Shown here in pieces: positions 28,741 through 41,516 of a stretch of DNA of 64,000 bases (position 1 is the first letter of the stretch; each line of letters begins with the position of its first letter). The position numbers were made by a program, and so were the translations under genes. This DNA is from Basidiobolus meristosporus CBS 931.73 (lineage: Eukaryota; Fungi; Basidiobolomycota), in assembly GCA_002104905.1 (NCBI GenBank), contig MCFE01000269.1, forward strand, positions 43,096-107,095, written 5' to 3'. Under the pieces are notes generated by a model. It saw only the letters and a program-made list of their open reading frames with translations. It was not told where the DNA came from and searched no databases.

Positions 28741-29913
28741 TCATTGAGTCGAGTCCAACTCAACCATCTCTATTTGGGTCGATGCTAGGTCCGCCGGTGG
28801 CATTACACTGACCACCCAGTTGGGATCACTAAGTAGAGAGATGTCGTCTTTTTTCCACACCGGGATTTTCTACGTACGGCAAATGTTAACCATGGGTACA
28901 AAGCTGACAGAAATAAGCACTCTTCACCTTTCGAATGTTGATATATGGCTCTTCTCTGAATGTATACTCCTTAATCAGATATGATGTGTCGAAGGCATGA
29001 TATAACCTAGTGTCGTTGACACGGAAAAGAACATCATCCACACGAAGGAAAAAACGTTGAAGAATGAAGAATCCAGTAGGCATCACACGCTTCATTCCCT
29101 CAGTTAGAATTGGCGCAGGGAGAAGTATTGCATTTCTGTGAAGATCTTACTATTTTTATGCTCAGGATGGCACTCCCATTATCGGCCAGCTCATCCTCGT
29201 ATAGCACAATGTGGTCGTAAAACAGTATAGGCTCAGGGAGCTTCAATCTCTCGATATCGATGGTTTGGGTTGTGCTGTTAAATGGAAACTTGATTATTTG
29301 CTGTTCAGACAGCTACTCTGGAGAAGAATGGCAGTGGCCAAAACTCACACTAGGAGAACAAAGTGTCCCACGATAATCTGTAGTGTATGTCCAATCGTAG
29401 GGGTTGATAACACGCTTGACATCTTGTGTTTTGTCTCTTCAGAAAGAATCAGAATGCTGTCCTCCGCAACCAAATAATTCAGTTCAAGAAACCTTTTTTC
29501 CGCCCAATGCTTGGCGTATGAGACACTTATGCCTCCGGCACTTTCAGCCGAGTTTCCAACTCTCTTGAGGGCCTCAAAGGCTTCGAACGTGTAAGAGAAC
29601 CCCTTTGAATGCTCAAATCGCAAATAATTATTTCCGAACATCATTTCGGGTAAGGGTATTCCGAGAACGGCCGACATGCTGAATACATGAATAAAGTCAA
29701 CGGGATTGAAAACCAGCAATCGTTGTGACAAGGCAGAAAATGAGCTATGCTTTACCGAGAAATCTCAGCCGAGTCTGATATAGGTTGCTTTCGTGAAGTA
29801 ATGACCCAATCTGAAATCTTTATCCCATGAACATCTTCCTCTTCAATCAATTCAAAGGCAGGCCCATTGTTTGCCTTGAATGCAGAGTTTGTTGGAGCTG
29901 GCTCTGTTTCCAT
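28741..29913 (-). CDS. TIP41: TAP42-interacting protein TIP41/TIPRL, multi-exon
   Basis: LGIPLPEMMFGNN; ELADNG region near 29180; RVMPTGFFILQRFFLRVDDVLFRVNDTRLYH. Confidence 0.9.
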
Positions 29914-30045
29914 TTCTTTCAAAGAAATATATGAATCGTACTAAAACAAGCAACTTGCAAATTATCTGGTATGGATTTTCAATATAGAGGATATCATGTG
30001 ACTTGTGGCTTGGTATTTTCTCAATCAATCTGATAGGCAGAACCC

Positions 30046-30064
30046 ATATATATATATATATATA
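30046..30064. repeat. (TA)n microsatellite
   Basis: atatatatatatatatata run in the intergenic region. Confidence 0.85.
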
Positions 30065-30172
30065 TTTGCGAAGTTAATCAGTTAACACACATGGCATATA
30101 TTTTTTATATACATTCACAGTTGGATATTTTCAGGTACATTTCAAGACAAGACAAGACAATGTTGTGTTAAC

Positions 30173-32043
30173 TTAGACCACCACGAGCCAGGGATTACCA
30201 GTCAAGCCCAATATGCCACATGAAAATGCAGCAATCCCAAGGCCTGTCCAAGCAACATACGGGCCAAACTCACGGGTGTTGGGATTTTCAGTCGTACTAA
30301 GTACTGTTCCACCGATGACTGTAGCAAAGAGAACGTGAAGCAGGATACTTGGATAGCCGCCCATTTCCATAAGTCCCAGGAGTATTAATGCGATCGGCAT
30401 GGTCGAAGTGAAATGGTTTAGGTTGGTAACAGAGCGGCGTAGCTCCAGTAACGGTTGTTCTGGTCTATAAGACTCATAGCTTGATTTTTCACTTCTGTCA
30501 ATAACGGTGCTTTTGGATAACTCTGCCGAGCCATCACCAGAGAATGTGATGGTTCTCTTTCGGTTGAGCCAGGTTCGACGAGAGAGTACAATGAAGTGAA
30601 TGGCGATAATAGAGGCATAGAAAGTAGACAGCTGTGGATAACTTGGTACAACCCCGGCCGTGGGACCCTCAATCGCTTCGACAGGTGTGCTATGAGCTCC
30701 ATTCCCGCCTTGATTTGCTGGGTATGTGACGGTTGGTATGTTGTTTTTCAATTTATCAATCGATGTAGCGGCTTGATTCTTCAAATCCTCGGCCTTCTCG
30801 GTGACACTTACGACATTCTCAGAGCCTTTACGCCATTTGTCTTTGACATAATCATTAGCTTCATTCCAAGCAGATTGACCTTGATCTACAAAATCGTCAA
30901 CATATTGCTCCCCTTGATTTTTGTATTCCTCCGCAGTGTCCTTGACGTTGCCTGCTGTATCCTTCAGCTTATGTTTGGCTTCATCATAATATTCCTTGAA
31001 AGTATTTCGGACGTTCTCACCCTTCTTTGCTGCTTCATCCTTAAGCTCATCGGCGGATAGTTTGACATAGTTATTAACGTAATTGTAATAATTTTCTCCT
31101 TCGTTCTTCGCCCTGTCGTAATAATTCTGGGCCTTTCGGGATGCTTCTTGGGAGTCATCCGCCACTCTTGAACTCACAGACTCAGCATACTGGCCTGCTG
31201 CACCGGTGGCTCCATCCTTCCATTTCAGGGCATCATGAATGAACTGAGAAGCGCCCTGAGCAGCCTTGTATTTAGCATTCTCCCAAGCGTCACCAGCTTT
31301 TTCCGTTGCCTGTGAACCTAGTGACGTTGCACTAGAGTATATATCACCAGCTTTGTATTTTCCATCCTCGTATTGATCCTTGAGTCGATCGTAGTGATCA
31401 TTTACGTAGTTCTGGCCTTCTGCTACTTTATCATTGGCTTGTCTGTAACCATAGTAGGCGCCTTCTTTGGCTTCGTTAGCAACATGACTTGCTTCATTCT
31501 TTGCTTTTTTGTACATGTATTCGGCATCGTTTTTCCAGTTTTCGAATTTGTGATTCCCCTCATTTTTAATGGAATCGTATTGATAATTAGCCTCATTTTT
31601 CAAGTAATCGTATCCATGTCCAGCCCTGTCCTTCAGTTCATCGTACTGGTTCTTCGCACCATTGGCAGCCTCTTCCCATCCTGACTGGACAGCTTGAGCA
31701 GCATGCTTAGCTTTGTCTGAAGGGGTATCATGGTGAAACATCGAGTGTACTCTATCGGTAATATCGGCAAATCCGTTGTTAGGCATATCGTGGTAATGGA
31801 ATTCGAGAAACTGAGGGTTGTATCGATACTTGCCAAGGTTAAATACTTCGGCAGATCCGAGTCGTAATCCATGTAGCCAAAGTTGAGAAGCCATTAGGTG
31901 ATGAATCATTGCTACAAAGTCGTGACGTGTGGTTTAGCTTGATGAGATTTATGAAAAAAATGAGTACAGTCATTGAATGCGCCAAAGCTGACCAATGGCT
32001 TGCTGGATTTCGAGCATTCCTGAGCATGAGTTATGAATGACAT
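30173..32043 (-). CDS. LEA-like helical-repeat protein fused to a C-terminal MAPEG-like membrane domain
   Basis: The 578-aa ORF is rich in A/K/E/D/Y repeats (AKNEA, DKA, YDEAK). Its C-terminus, YASIIAIHFIVLSRR...GDG...LRRS...MPIALILLGLMEMGG...LLH, resembles YecN/MAPEG. The 5' exon is uncertain. Confidence 0.75.
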
Positions 32044-32410
32044 ACATAATTGCGTCGGTCATATCTGGAGTGAGATAGCCTGAATTTTGAGTTGGAGTCA
32101 ACTGACGTCAGAGCTTTTATGGTCTAGCTGAATATGCGATGAGAAAAGAGTGATGTGACCAACATTCAGCGATTTTCTTTATAATGTTAGGTGCGCGCAC
32201 TCCGAAATGCACAGAAGGTTTATGTCGCATGCAAGCGATAGTGCTTGGCAAGGGATCCAAATTCAATAGAAATCAAATGTTGTGATTCCTTAAGATTCCG
32301 TACTGCGGCGTGGGATTGAATTGGTAGATATTTTCTTGGCAGCATGCTCCTCATTAAATAAGCAATATATAAACGCTTTGATGTTTCCCTAATCAGTCAT
32401 CCAACTAACT

Positions 32411-32899
32411 ATGTCTGCTAAGTCGAACGATAAAGAATCTCAGGAAGTCCAGGAAGCCCTGCTTTCTCACACTTCTCCCCCTTCCTACCAGCAAAGTACT
32501 TCTGCACAAATCAGTAACCAGCCAGGTCCTTCCCACTCGCTCTACCCTTCTCTTCCTGTGTCGCCACCGTTCAATGCTGCAAACGAGCAATACTCTTACC
32601 AAAGAGTAGAGAATTTCTCTACAATGCCACAGCCGGGATACCCACAGTATATCATCATTCAGGAGCCTAAGAATAACTCACCCTTCTACCCATTTAATGT
32701 TCCTGCTAATCCTATACCGCCTACAACTGATTTCCGCTTGGCTAGTCAACGCTGTGGTGCTGGCGGTGAACATCAATTCGACAAAGAGTATACACTCGGT
32801 GGAGTATTCCTTGCAGTATTCTTCTTTCCCTTAGGAATTCTCCCTTGTCTATGCATGACTGACAAGCGTTGTAAAAAATGTGGTGGTCGCTTTGATTAA
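32411..32899 (+). CDS. Brain protein I3 (BRI3)-like small membrane protein
   Basis: Pro/Tyr-rich N-terminus (PPSY) and C-terminal CGAGGEH...YTLGGVFLAVFFFPLGILPCLCMTDKRCKKCG. Confidence 0.8.
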   Translation: MSAKSNDKESQEVQEALLSHTSPPSYQQSTSAQISNQPGPSHSLYPSLPVSPPFNAANEQYSYQRVENFSTMPQPGYPQYIIIQEPKNNSPFYPFNVPANPIPPTTDFRLASQRCGAGGEHQFDKEYTLGGVFLAVFFFPLGILPCLCMTDKRCKKCGGRFD

Positions 32900-33171
32900 C
32901 TTTCTGAATCAAGCTACATATGTTCCCTATCACGCCTGAATATCCCTGGGAGATTGGCTACTGTACACTAGTACTTCAACCACTAAAGAGCCACCCTATA
33001 ATACACGGTACCTAATATATTTCGAACCAAATACCCCAATATGACTTCCCACCTGATATTAGTTATTGTTAGATAGTAATAAAGCCAATGATTTATTTAA
33101 TGTGCGTGACGATGACCCAAAACTTTGACTGCGCTAGATTGGCAATTATTGCTTTGAACACGTCGTTTGAC

Positions 33172-34121
33172 TTATGTTCTTACTTGTTTTAATGCGTTAG
33201 CGCAGCTGGAGATGGCATCACAGATATCCTTGATTAAGCGAGGATCACTTGTGTCCTCGAGGTATTTACGAAGTTGTTCCATTTTTTCCTGTAAAGTGGT
33301 TATCATGGGAGTATTACTTTGAGAAATTCCGACGATGGTGCTAGCTTCATGGTTTTGTGACTCCACTGGTTGCTATTCGAGTAAGAAACGATTAAGCAAC
33401 TAGATTATCATATTCCAGGTGTAATGAGCTCATATTTACCACAACAGGGGTGTGCTCCTGGACGCTAGCAACTGCTAGTCTGGCTAACAGGTTGTGCTTG
33501 AGTAATTTCCTCGGAATCGGAAGGGTTGGCTTTTTGGAGAGTTTCATTTTTCAAATCAGCATCTTCTTCCTTGATATAATTTCGCTGACAAATAACGCAA
33601 TAAAGGTGCTTCTCGCGCTTATTACGAATCAAGGGAACCTAGAGAAGCGTAAGAAGAGTTATTTCGGTTATTCCACTTGAGTTCTAAACTTTTGTCAATC
33701 GTGTCACGCTCATACCCCGTAACAAGTTTCATTTGGGCAGATATCATTCAGCATAGCCCAACCTTGCAGTAATTTTTCTCCAATTAGCTTCGAAGCAGTC
33801 TGAGATTGTGCTCTTTTCTTCTCGACCTCCTCGAGTTCGACTGTACTGTTTGTATTTTCGGGACTTTGTATAACGGGTTCTTGGGTTTGCTTTCTTTCGG
33901 GATCGTCACATAGGACACAAAATTGAATCTTTTTGTCTTTGGAGCGCATAAGGGGAACCGAACATGAAGGATTCGGGCAAACAGCGTCCATTAGAACCTA
34001 ACGGAACGGTTGATCAGCATTAGCAATATCGTTTCGGTGAGTTGAACTGGCAAGAGGGGATTACCCATCCTTTGAGTAAATAATTTCCAATGAGGTTAGC
34101 AGCGTGATCGGTTCTATCCAT
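33172..34121 (-). CDS. SSSCA1/ZNRD2 (Auto_anti-p27)-like zinc-ribbon protein with two repeats
   Basis: AANLIGNYLLKGW...DAVCPNPSCSVPLMRS and ASKLIGEKLLQGWAMLNDICPNETCYGV; coiled C-terminus ICDAISSCANAL. Confidence 0.8.
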
Positions 34122-34278
34122 GCTGTTATATTTGAGGAATACAACGTCGAAGATGGTATCTATGCTAGCTATTGCGGTTATGTCGGATATTCTTCTGTGA
34201 AGCACATCTTATTGTAAAACTGAATCGAGTTTTTTTTTATTTTTTAATATAGTTTTCATTGCCCGATTGTGTGATCAG

Positions 34279-37200
34279 TTATTGTAACTTCGGCTTAGTA
34301 GGATTAGCCTCTCGAATCAATCTGAGGAAAACTTCTTCAAGCGTGGTCTGTGATATTCCCCATGCTTGCACTAAACGCTCGTTCAAGCGTTTGGCATCTT
34401 CTTCCAAGTATCTAACAAATACAGGAATGTAGCTCATGCATTGCGAAGGAAATTGATATATAAGTGACCCAGCAGAGTCATCCTCAAGCTTAGCCCCAGG
34501 TACCATTTTGGCAACGACGTCTCGGACTTGGGCATTCTGTTCAGCACGAACGACCATAGATATCCGATAGCCAGTGCCAAATTTGTTTTTCAGTTGTGTT
34601 GAATTGCCTAGCGCGCTGTAATAAGCAAAGTTGTGAGAAATAGGGGCGGATTAGCTGGGTGTTGAGTACTTACCATAGGCGGCCAAGAGCCATAATAGCA
34701 ATACGGTCACCTAAAACATCAGCTTCTTCCATCGAGTGCGTCGTCTGGTAGAATATCGTTAGTATCTTGCTTTTACTAGCTACGGAAATGTATGTTCATA
34801 CAAGAATGATCACTCGATTTTCCTTGAATTGTTCAATAAATGACCACACATGACGCCTGTTGACGGGGTCCATTCCTAGTACAACGAGAGATTAGCGAGG
34901 GCAGTTTTGGTGAAGAAAAGTACTATTTACCAGTGGTCGGCTCATCCATGAAAACAATCTTAGGGTCGCCAAGAGTAGAGATAACCACGCTTAACCTACG
35001 CTTCATCCTGCAGAAATTTGAATACCACAATCTACGTTGGCATAAAGAACCACAGTAAAGACCAACCCTCCGCTGTAAGCCGCTGAGCATTTGTTTGCGA
35101 CCTTCCATAAGCGAACAGCCTCTAGTCTAGACTTGATCAATTCTGGGATTTCTTTGCGAGGAACACCTTTCAGACAGGCATATAGCTCGATGTGTTCAGC
35201 AGCGGTCAAATCGTCAAACAAGATATCATGCTGCTTGGCATTAGTTGTATATCACGCCACGCCTACAATATAACCGCTTTACCTGGGGACACACTCCTAG
35301 CATTCCTCGAATGATATCGATATCATCGGATCGAGTATAGCCGTAAAACCAAGCATCACCACTCGTGGCTGGCGTCAAGCCCGAGAGAATATTCATTGTA
35401 GTACTGAGTATGAATTTCCACGTTCAGCAACCACCAAAAGTCGATTTGGCATTGAAGATTAAATACCTTTTTCCTGCTCCATTTTGGCCCAATAATGCCA
35501 ACCTAACCATTGTCAATCGTGAGCGAAGAAATTCCGCATGCTCGTTGCAATGGGCTACTTACAGCTTTCCTTCTTCCAAGGTGAGGCAAAGGTCTCTGAC
35601 CGCAACCTTATCAAGCTTTGATTTCTTGAAGATCCTGTTCTTGTAGATTTTTCGAAGATTGACAATTCGGACGGCGGCGGGATATTCTAAAAAACCTGGA
35701 TAAATGTCACAGTCGCTTTTGGCTGCTCAGTACATGGGATACCTGTGTCATATGCAGTATCCCGTTCACGGTAGACATCATCATCCTCATTTTCGGGAGC
35801 CTGGACAAGTAGAGATAGCAGGTTATGTTCACACATCACACTCACGCGATGCCAAAATAGCACACTAACCAGCTTAAGCTGAGAATGATGTTTCTTGATG
35901 GACTGGATCCAGTTCCCAAGGTCATGACCAACCGAACTCCTTGGAATCCAGAACGAAGGCTTCAAGAAAAACCACGGAGGATAGCAGAAGCCAAACTCGT
36001 CAGGTACGATTTTGTCAAAATACCTAGAGTTGCAGAAAGTCAGTTATTGCATTACTAATCTTCAACAAGTGAAAACAAACCATGTGAGAAGGCCATAAAC
36101 ACCAATGTTCATGAGCAGCAGATACCACGACACTACTGGTGGCGGAACCAGTTCAAAGTTCCCTTGAAGGCCACTGACTGGTTGGTCAAACGCCTTGATA
36201 AATAAATCTTTCCAATGAAATCCTATAAGTGGCGTTAGAGAGCATTTTTGGGCTGACGCATACACGGATTTTACCAGGCCCGGGGATCACAGTGTCCGTC
36301 AATGCATTGAGGCTTCCTGCCGTGAGCAAAGATATATCAAGAATGATTTTGCCAAAATTGAAGAACGGGAAGAACATCAAAACTACAGCAAGGTATCATT
36401 AATGCACAGAGTCTGAATAGGTGACTGCAGCCGAAGATACCTAATCTTCCGGCAGGACTAGTCTTAGGGTCCCACCAAACATAGCCCACGAAGGAGCTGG
36501 AGAATACAAAGGATTCGAACAACAGCCCAATGACAAAGAAAAAGATCCCAATCAAAAGTAGCACCGTTAAGGAAAATAAGTGAACATATTGGCATCGAAT
36601 TCTCTGCTTAGCAAAAGGATATTTGCCACTCTTGTGCGACGGACTAGGGTTGTGATGAAAAATGCCGCCATCATCATCGCAAAGCCAAACAGGACAAAGG
36701 TAATCAACAGCACCTACTTAACGAGGTGAATCATTCACAGCTACCAATTCGCCAGCCCAATGCTGTTCTTACCCTAAAATCAGTTCCCTTGAATGTACTG
36801 AAGCCAAATGCGATTCCAAGCCCGCAAGTGAGAAGTGCACAGATTACCACCAATGCTAGATTCGATATGAGTAGACTAAACCAGTAGGCCTCACTCTATA
36901 GTAATTCAGCATTAGTCCGGTAAGCAACTGTTACACGCTGACCATGGGCTTACACTCATTCCCATCATAATCATGTTGTGCTTCAGCTTCTTCTCTTTCT
37001 CAGCAACGATCGTATTTAACACTGCTATGAAGATGATCATCTCAGTGCAGAAAAAGAAGACTGGCCCTAGTCGACTCACTACTTCGTCTCCGGCAATTGG
37101 GGATGGGACTTTGGGCCAGTCTTTCAGTTGAACATTCAGCAGTGGAGTGGTCGAGACCGTGGGGTCGTTGACAGAGGCAACTGATACTATGTTAGCAATG

Positions 37201-38103
37201 ATACGCCTTCAATGATATATGCTAATTCTTACTGATAGCTTCGTCTAATCCGCGAACCAAGCTTAGGACTTGGTCACCAAAGACATCAGTTCCGTTGGAC
37301 ATTAGAGTGGAATTAAACCAAACTTGGTATCGGTAATTCGCGGGAGGCCCAGGCTCAGTTGAAAACTCAATTCCTTAATACTTTCTTTCAATACTCTTGG
37401 TTGTTTAAGTGCTACAGTTGCGAGAGAATTTACCAAAAAGAGTCTTGTTTGGATTTTGCAGCGTATAGTTGTATATGAACTCATAGTTGGCAACTGGTAC
37501 CATACCCAGCTTCGTTTTTGGCGGAGTGTGAAGATCTGGGTTCACCAAAAGTAAATAAATCCAGTCGCTGAAACGGTCAATGTGCTATAGATGATGTACC
37601 CAAAGAAATATTTTCTATTTGCAAGTCTACCCCAGTTCTTTGCTTATTTTTTGCAGCGAATGTTTGCAAAAATAAGCGGTTTTGTTCAGTGTCTGGCGTG
37701 TACAATATATTGATGCAACTATCTTGCTGCGTTCGTCCCTAGATGTTGCAATTAAGAAGAGTCCAAATCCAGTGGCACTTTAACTGTATACCTGGCAGCT
37801 TTTTACGCCAGACAGGTCGAAGCTTTGAGGGTGATAATTACTTTGGGTTAACTTTGAATTGTAGATTTTTTGCAAGCAGAATAATAGTAATAAGACAAGA
37901 ACGGGGAAAAATATGGCTTGGGAAAAAGTGGATTTCCATTGACGTATCTAAAAGTGTATGTTGTTAACTTATGAACTTCATGGCTGGTCAATCTTTGAAT
38001 CCCATACTTGTAAAAGAGAGTTTCTTTTCAATAGAATCCTCATTTGCGAAAAAAAACCAGCCCTGTAGGCCTTCTTCCTATGGTGACCAGTAGTAGTGGA
38101 CAT
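34279..38103 (-). CDS. ABC transporter, subfamily A (single NBD), multi-exon
   Basis: N-terminal RILLKRNSLLQ; TM exons; GQNGAGK Walker A near 35420-35440; FDDLTAAEHIELY; AYSGG; LGDPKIVFMDEPTTG; WGISQTTLEEVFLRL. Confidence 0.9.
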
Positions 38104-38827
38104 GCTGAGAGGAAGCCAGTCAAGACGAGTAAGTGAGGATTATGGAGTAGATACGGTATATGTTGGAAGTCGGTAATTGTAGTGGAACCTCGGGTTGCCA
38201 AGCCAGGATCGTATGTATCCGACCTACTTTACTAGAATATGAGGATCAATAAATGGATCTAAGCTTATCTCCACAACTTGAGAATGATTAGGTTACGTGT
38301 CACCTTAACCTTAACTTGGCCTAGAGTTGGCATCGGTACAATGATATCAAGCTCCACAGAATTCCATTATTGCGCTGCCTATTCTAGTGCGTGTCAGTGT
38401 ATTGTGATGTCCGGCATAAGGAGCATGATTAAAAGGGGAACTTCACTTCCCCATTGGGCACTATTGTTAGATATTGGGAGTAGAGATGACCTGATTTGGA
38501 AACATAGCACAAGTAGTAAGCAAAGATCAACGTCCTTCATGAAAGGTCTGCACGAGGTCAGTCACGTTGGAGTGAGTGATCGATGTACCTGCACAAGGGA
38601 GAATCTATGCTGGACAGCAGAAGACTCCTGAATCTTACTGTAATATCAAGCATGAAGATCGCTCTTTTGTTATACAACGATGATATTTAATCCCTCCACT
38701 TGTAGTCTTAGTTTGCTTTTCATCTTCGATAGATGTAAGCTGAACTTGTACACTGTTTTCATTCATCCGTCCTTTTACTGCCCTTTTTCTCCGGTTCCCC
38801 AATCTGGCTACTAATCATCTGACACTT

Positions 38828-40564
38828 ATGGGTGTAACATCCATAAGACTATGCGTTGCTATCTTTATTTTGGTATTCAACCTTAATGTGGTGAGAAGTG
38901 GTGAAGTATCTGACTTGAATCACTCGATTTGTAGCTATGGTTAACGTGCGATCCGTCCCTAGATTGCTGCTATGTGGTCGTCCCGAAATTGGTTGATGCC
39001 TTCAACTTTTATGTGGCCATCCAGGCCCGCCATCCTGATATTGGCACACACAACAACACGTACCACACTGAAGTCTCTTTCCCCGCACACTATCAAGTAC
39101 GAGAATTCCCGAAAGCCTGCGAAAAGCGGAATAATGCCACAAATATGTTTACTTGCGTTGAGATGGATGATATGTTTGCCGCCAGATTTCTCCTCTTTAC
39201 GCCGGGAAATTCCAACCAAGAGCCGTCGTTGAAGGTCAACATCTACAATGACCTTTGTGCAAAGCAGGACTACTGCCAGAGGCCCACCCCTGTTGATAAA
39301 GGACTGTTGAATCTGGGCCCTCTAGGTGTTTATCCTAAGCCGCTGGCGATTGCCTCTATATGTGGTTTTGCTACTATGTTGATATGTGGAGCTTATCTGA
39401 TATATCGTAGCAATCGAGTCCACCTTCTGACGGATAGTTCGGCCGATCGTGGTTGCTTTCGCATCAGGAATGGAGCAAGTGGTCGAAAAGTTTTGAGTTT
39501 ACCCTTGTTCATGTGCGGATGCTGCCCTAAGGCATCGAAGAGTTCCAACAGAGGGGTGTCCACTGGTATGATCGAAAATGCTCCCCCGGTCACTTTCCCT
39601 GTAAACACAAGTTCTGGTGACAACCATTCCATCCCACCGCTACGCTCCATCTCTATCCAGGACTTGGGGTCTGGGCTTCGGGATGGAGCTGGCTCTAGTC
39701 TTCCAAGGTACTCTCTAATTTTAGACCCAGGCCCGGTGGAATCTCGAGACAAAATTGAGAAGCAATCCAAGAAATCGAAATTAGATGCCAAAGCTGAACT
39801 ATATCGAACCAAAAGCAATGCACAAGAGCATGTAAAAATCTCCGAGACAATGCATATTTCTCGGTCAGCTTCCACAAAAAATAAAAGTCAAGAGCCTCTT
39901 CTGAACCTTGATGAAAAGTCGCTTCCCAAAGTGAAGAATCAAAGCATCTCAAGAAATGCCTCGGTCAAAAAGGGCCCAAGTCGGAATCCCTCTACATCCC
40001 GATCGACGAGAGAAAATATGAAGAGGACACCATCATTGATGAACGATCCAAAGACTAAGCGTCTTGCAAGCCGAAGCTCATCCGTGCGTGATTCGAGTGC
40101 CAAGGAGATCCGCCGAACACATTCGGCAAAATACAAACCTGACATATCTGATGCCATAATGCAAGAGGATATAACAAAATCACAAGGCACTCGTGAATGA
40201 GCGGCATCGAATCTCCAAAGCAGGCGTAGCAATAAGTCGAAATGCATCATTAAGAAAAGCGGAGTCCCGTAGCGAGCTTCAAAGAGGAAGATCCATGAAG
40301 CGTAGACCATCGACTAGAAACTCTTACCTCTCCTCACAGAACCTGGCAGTGCAGTGGCCTTATGTTGACACGGATGGTCATCAAATATTTGGCTATGAGG
40401 AAGAAATCTTGAGGTTAAAACGCAGCAATACATATGGAAACGGTAAAGCTGCGAATAGAAAATCGGTGGAAGGTACACACGGAAAGCATGTCGAACTGGG
40501 TAGCGCCTTGGGAATAGTCTTTCCACAAGAGGCCTCGACATCACGGGGCTATGAGAATATTTAG
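38828..40564 (+). CDS. Type I membrane protein: signal peptide, Cys-containing ectodomain, one TM helix, long Ser/Arg/Lys-rich tail
   Basis: MGVTSIRLCVAIFILVF signal; TM LAIASICGFATMLICGAYLIY; the tail is split between ORFs 38974-40200 and 40193-40564, which share the ISRNAS(V/L)(K/R)K motif. Confidence 0.65.
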
Positions 40565-40624
40565 GTATTGATGCGAACTCGTTGCCAAAAATTTTACTTA
40601 ATATGTGCATGCAAAAGAATCTGT

Positions 40625-40689
40625 GATACCTTAATAAATTATACAAGCCATATATATGATACCTAATAAATTATACTAGCCATATATAT
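40625..40689 (+). repeat. Tandem duplication of about 33 bp, AT-rich
   Basis: gatacc(t)taataaattatac(a/t)agccatatatat occurs twice in tandem. Confidence 0.85.
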
Positions 40690-40829
40690 CATTGCCACGA
40701 TTGGTCCAGGTAAAATGGACTAGGCTTCTGAATTTTGCCAGTCCGACACCTTGGATCACTTGTAATATTCCGGTCAAAAACGCATGGATCGGCATCAGCA
40801 CAATCTCATCCCGTGAATATCTATTGAGA

Positions 40830-41003
40830 CTGGCATACAATCAATCTCCAAGAATATTCGTGGAAATAAGCATACGATCAAAACCCACATAGCTATGGAA
40901 GCTGGCATACAATCAATTTCCAGATATATTAGTGGAAAGCAGCATACAATTAGTTCCCACCAAAGACAGCATACAATTAGTTCCCACCAAAGACAGCATA
41001 CAA
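40830..41003 (+). repeat. Compound minisatellite (72-bp and 27-bp units sharing GCATAC(A/G)A)
   Basis: ctggcatacaatcaat at 40830 and 40902; cagcatacaattagttcccaccaaaga at 40940 and 40967, with a partial unit at 40994. Confidence 0.8.
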
Positions 41004-41516
41004 AATACAATGAAAGTAGATAGTAATCGCAGAGAAGAACAACTCCACAGCACCTCCAAAAGTCCGAGCATTGTATGACGATTGACTATTGTTTGCTCCA
41101 AGTATATGAAATGTCATTACCTGCACTGTCGCTCACATGGATCCTCATCCAGAGTCCTACGTGCCTATGGCCAGATGATGCCTGTAGCCCTAGTAGACCT
41201 TTTTCAGACTCAGTTTAGCTTGAACTTCGGAATACTGCATCAACAATAACTGTTCTATCCATTGTAGCTTACTGTGTCTGTCTGTGACCCGAATTCTTCA
41301 TGATTCCCCGCTTCTCCATTATCCAATTCGGAATTCATGCGCTAGCCCAGATAATGATCGCCTAGCTTGGAACTTATGCACTATGACCTCTGTATATAAG
41401 GCGTCTCTCGGCTACTAACTCAACATCAACTGATACTGGTAACAACTGTTCCCTTTGTGGCCTTATTCTTGGTAGAAGATCACATCTCTTTGGATCCACT
41501 TGAAACCCTCATCCAA

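Noticed and set aside
40940-41003. CRISPR-like 27-bp repeats
   Set aside because: The units are directly adjacent with no unique spacers, there are no cas genes, and the context is eukaryotic.
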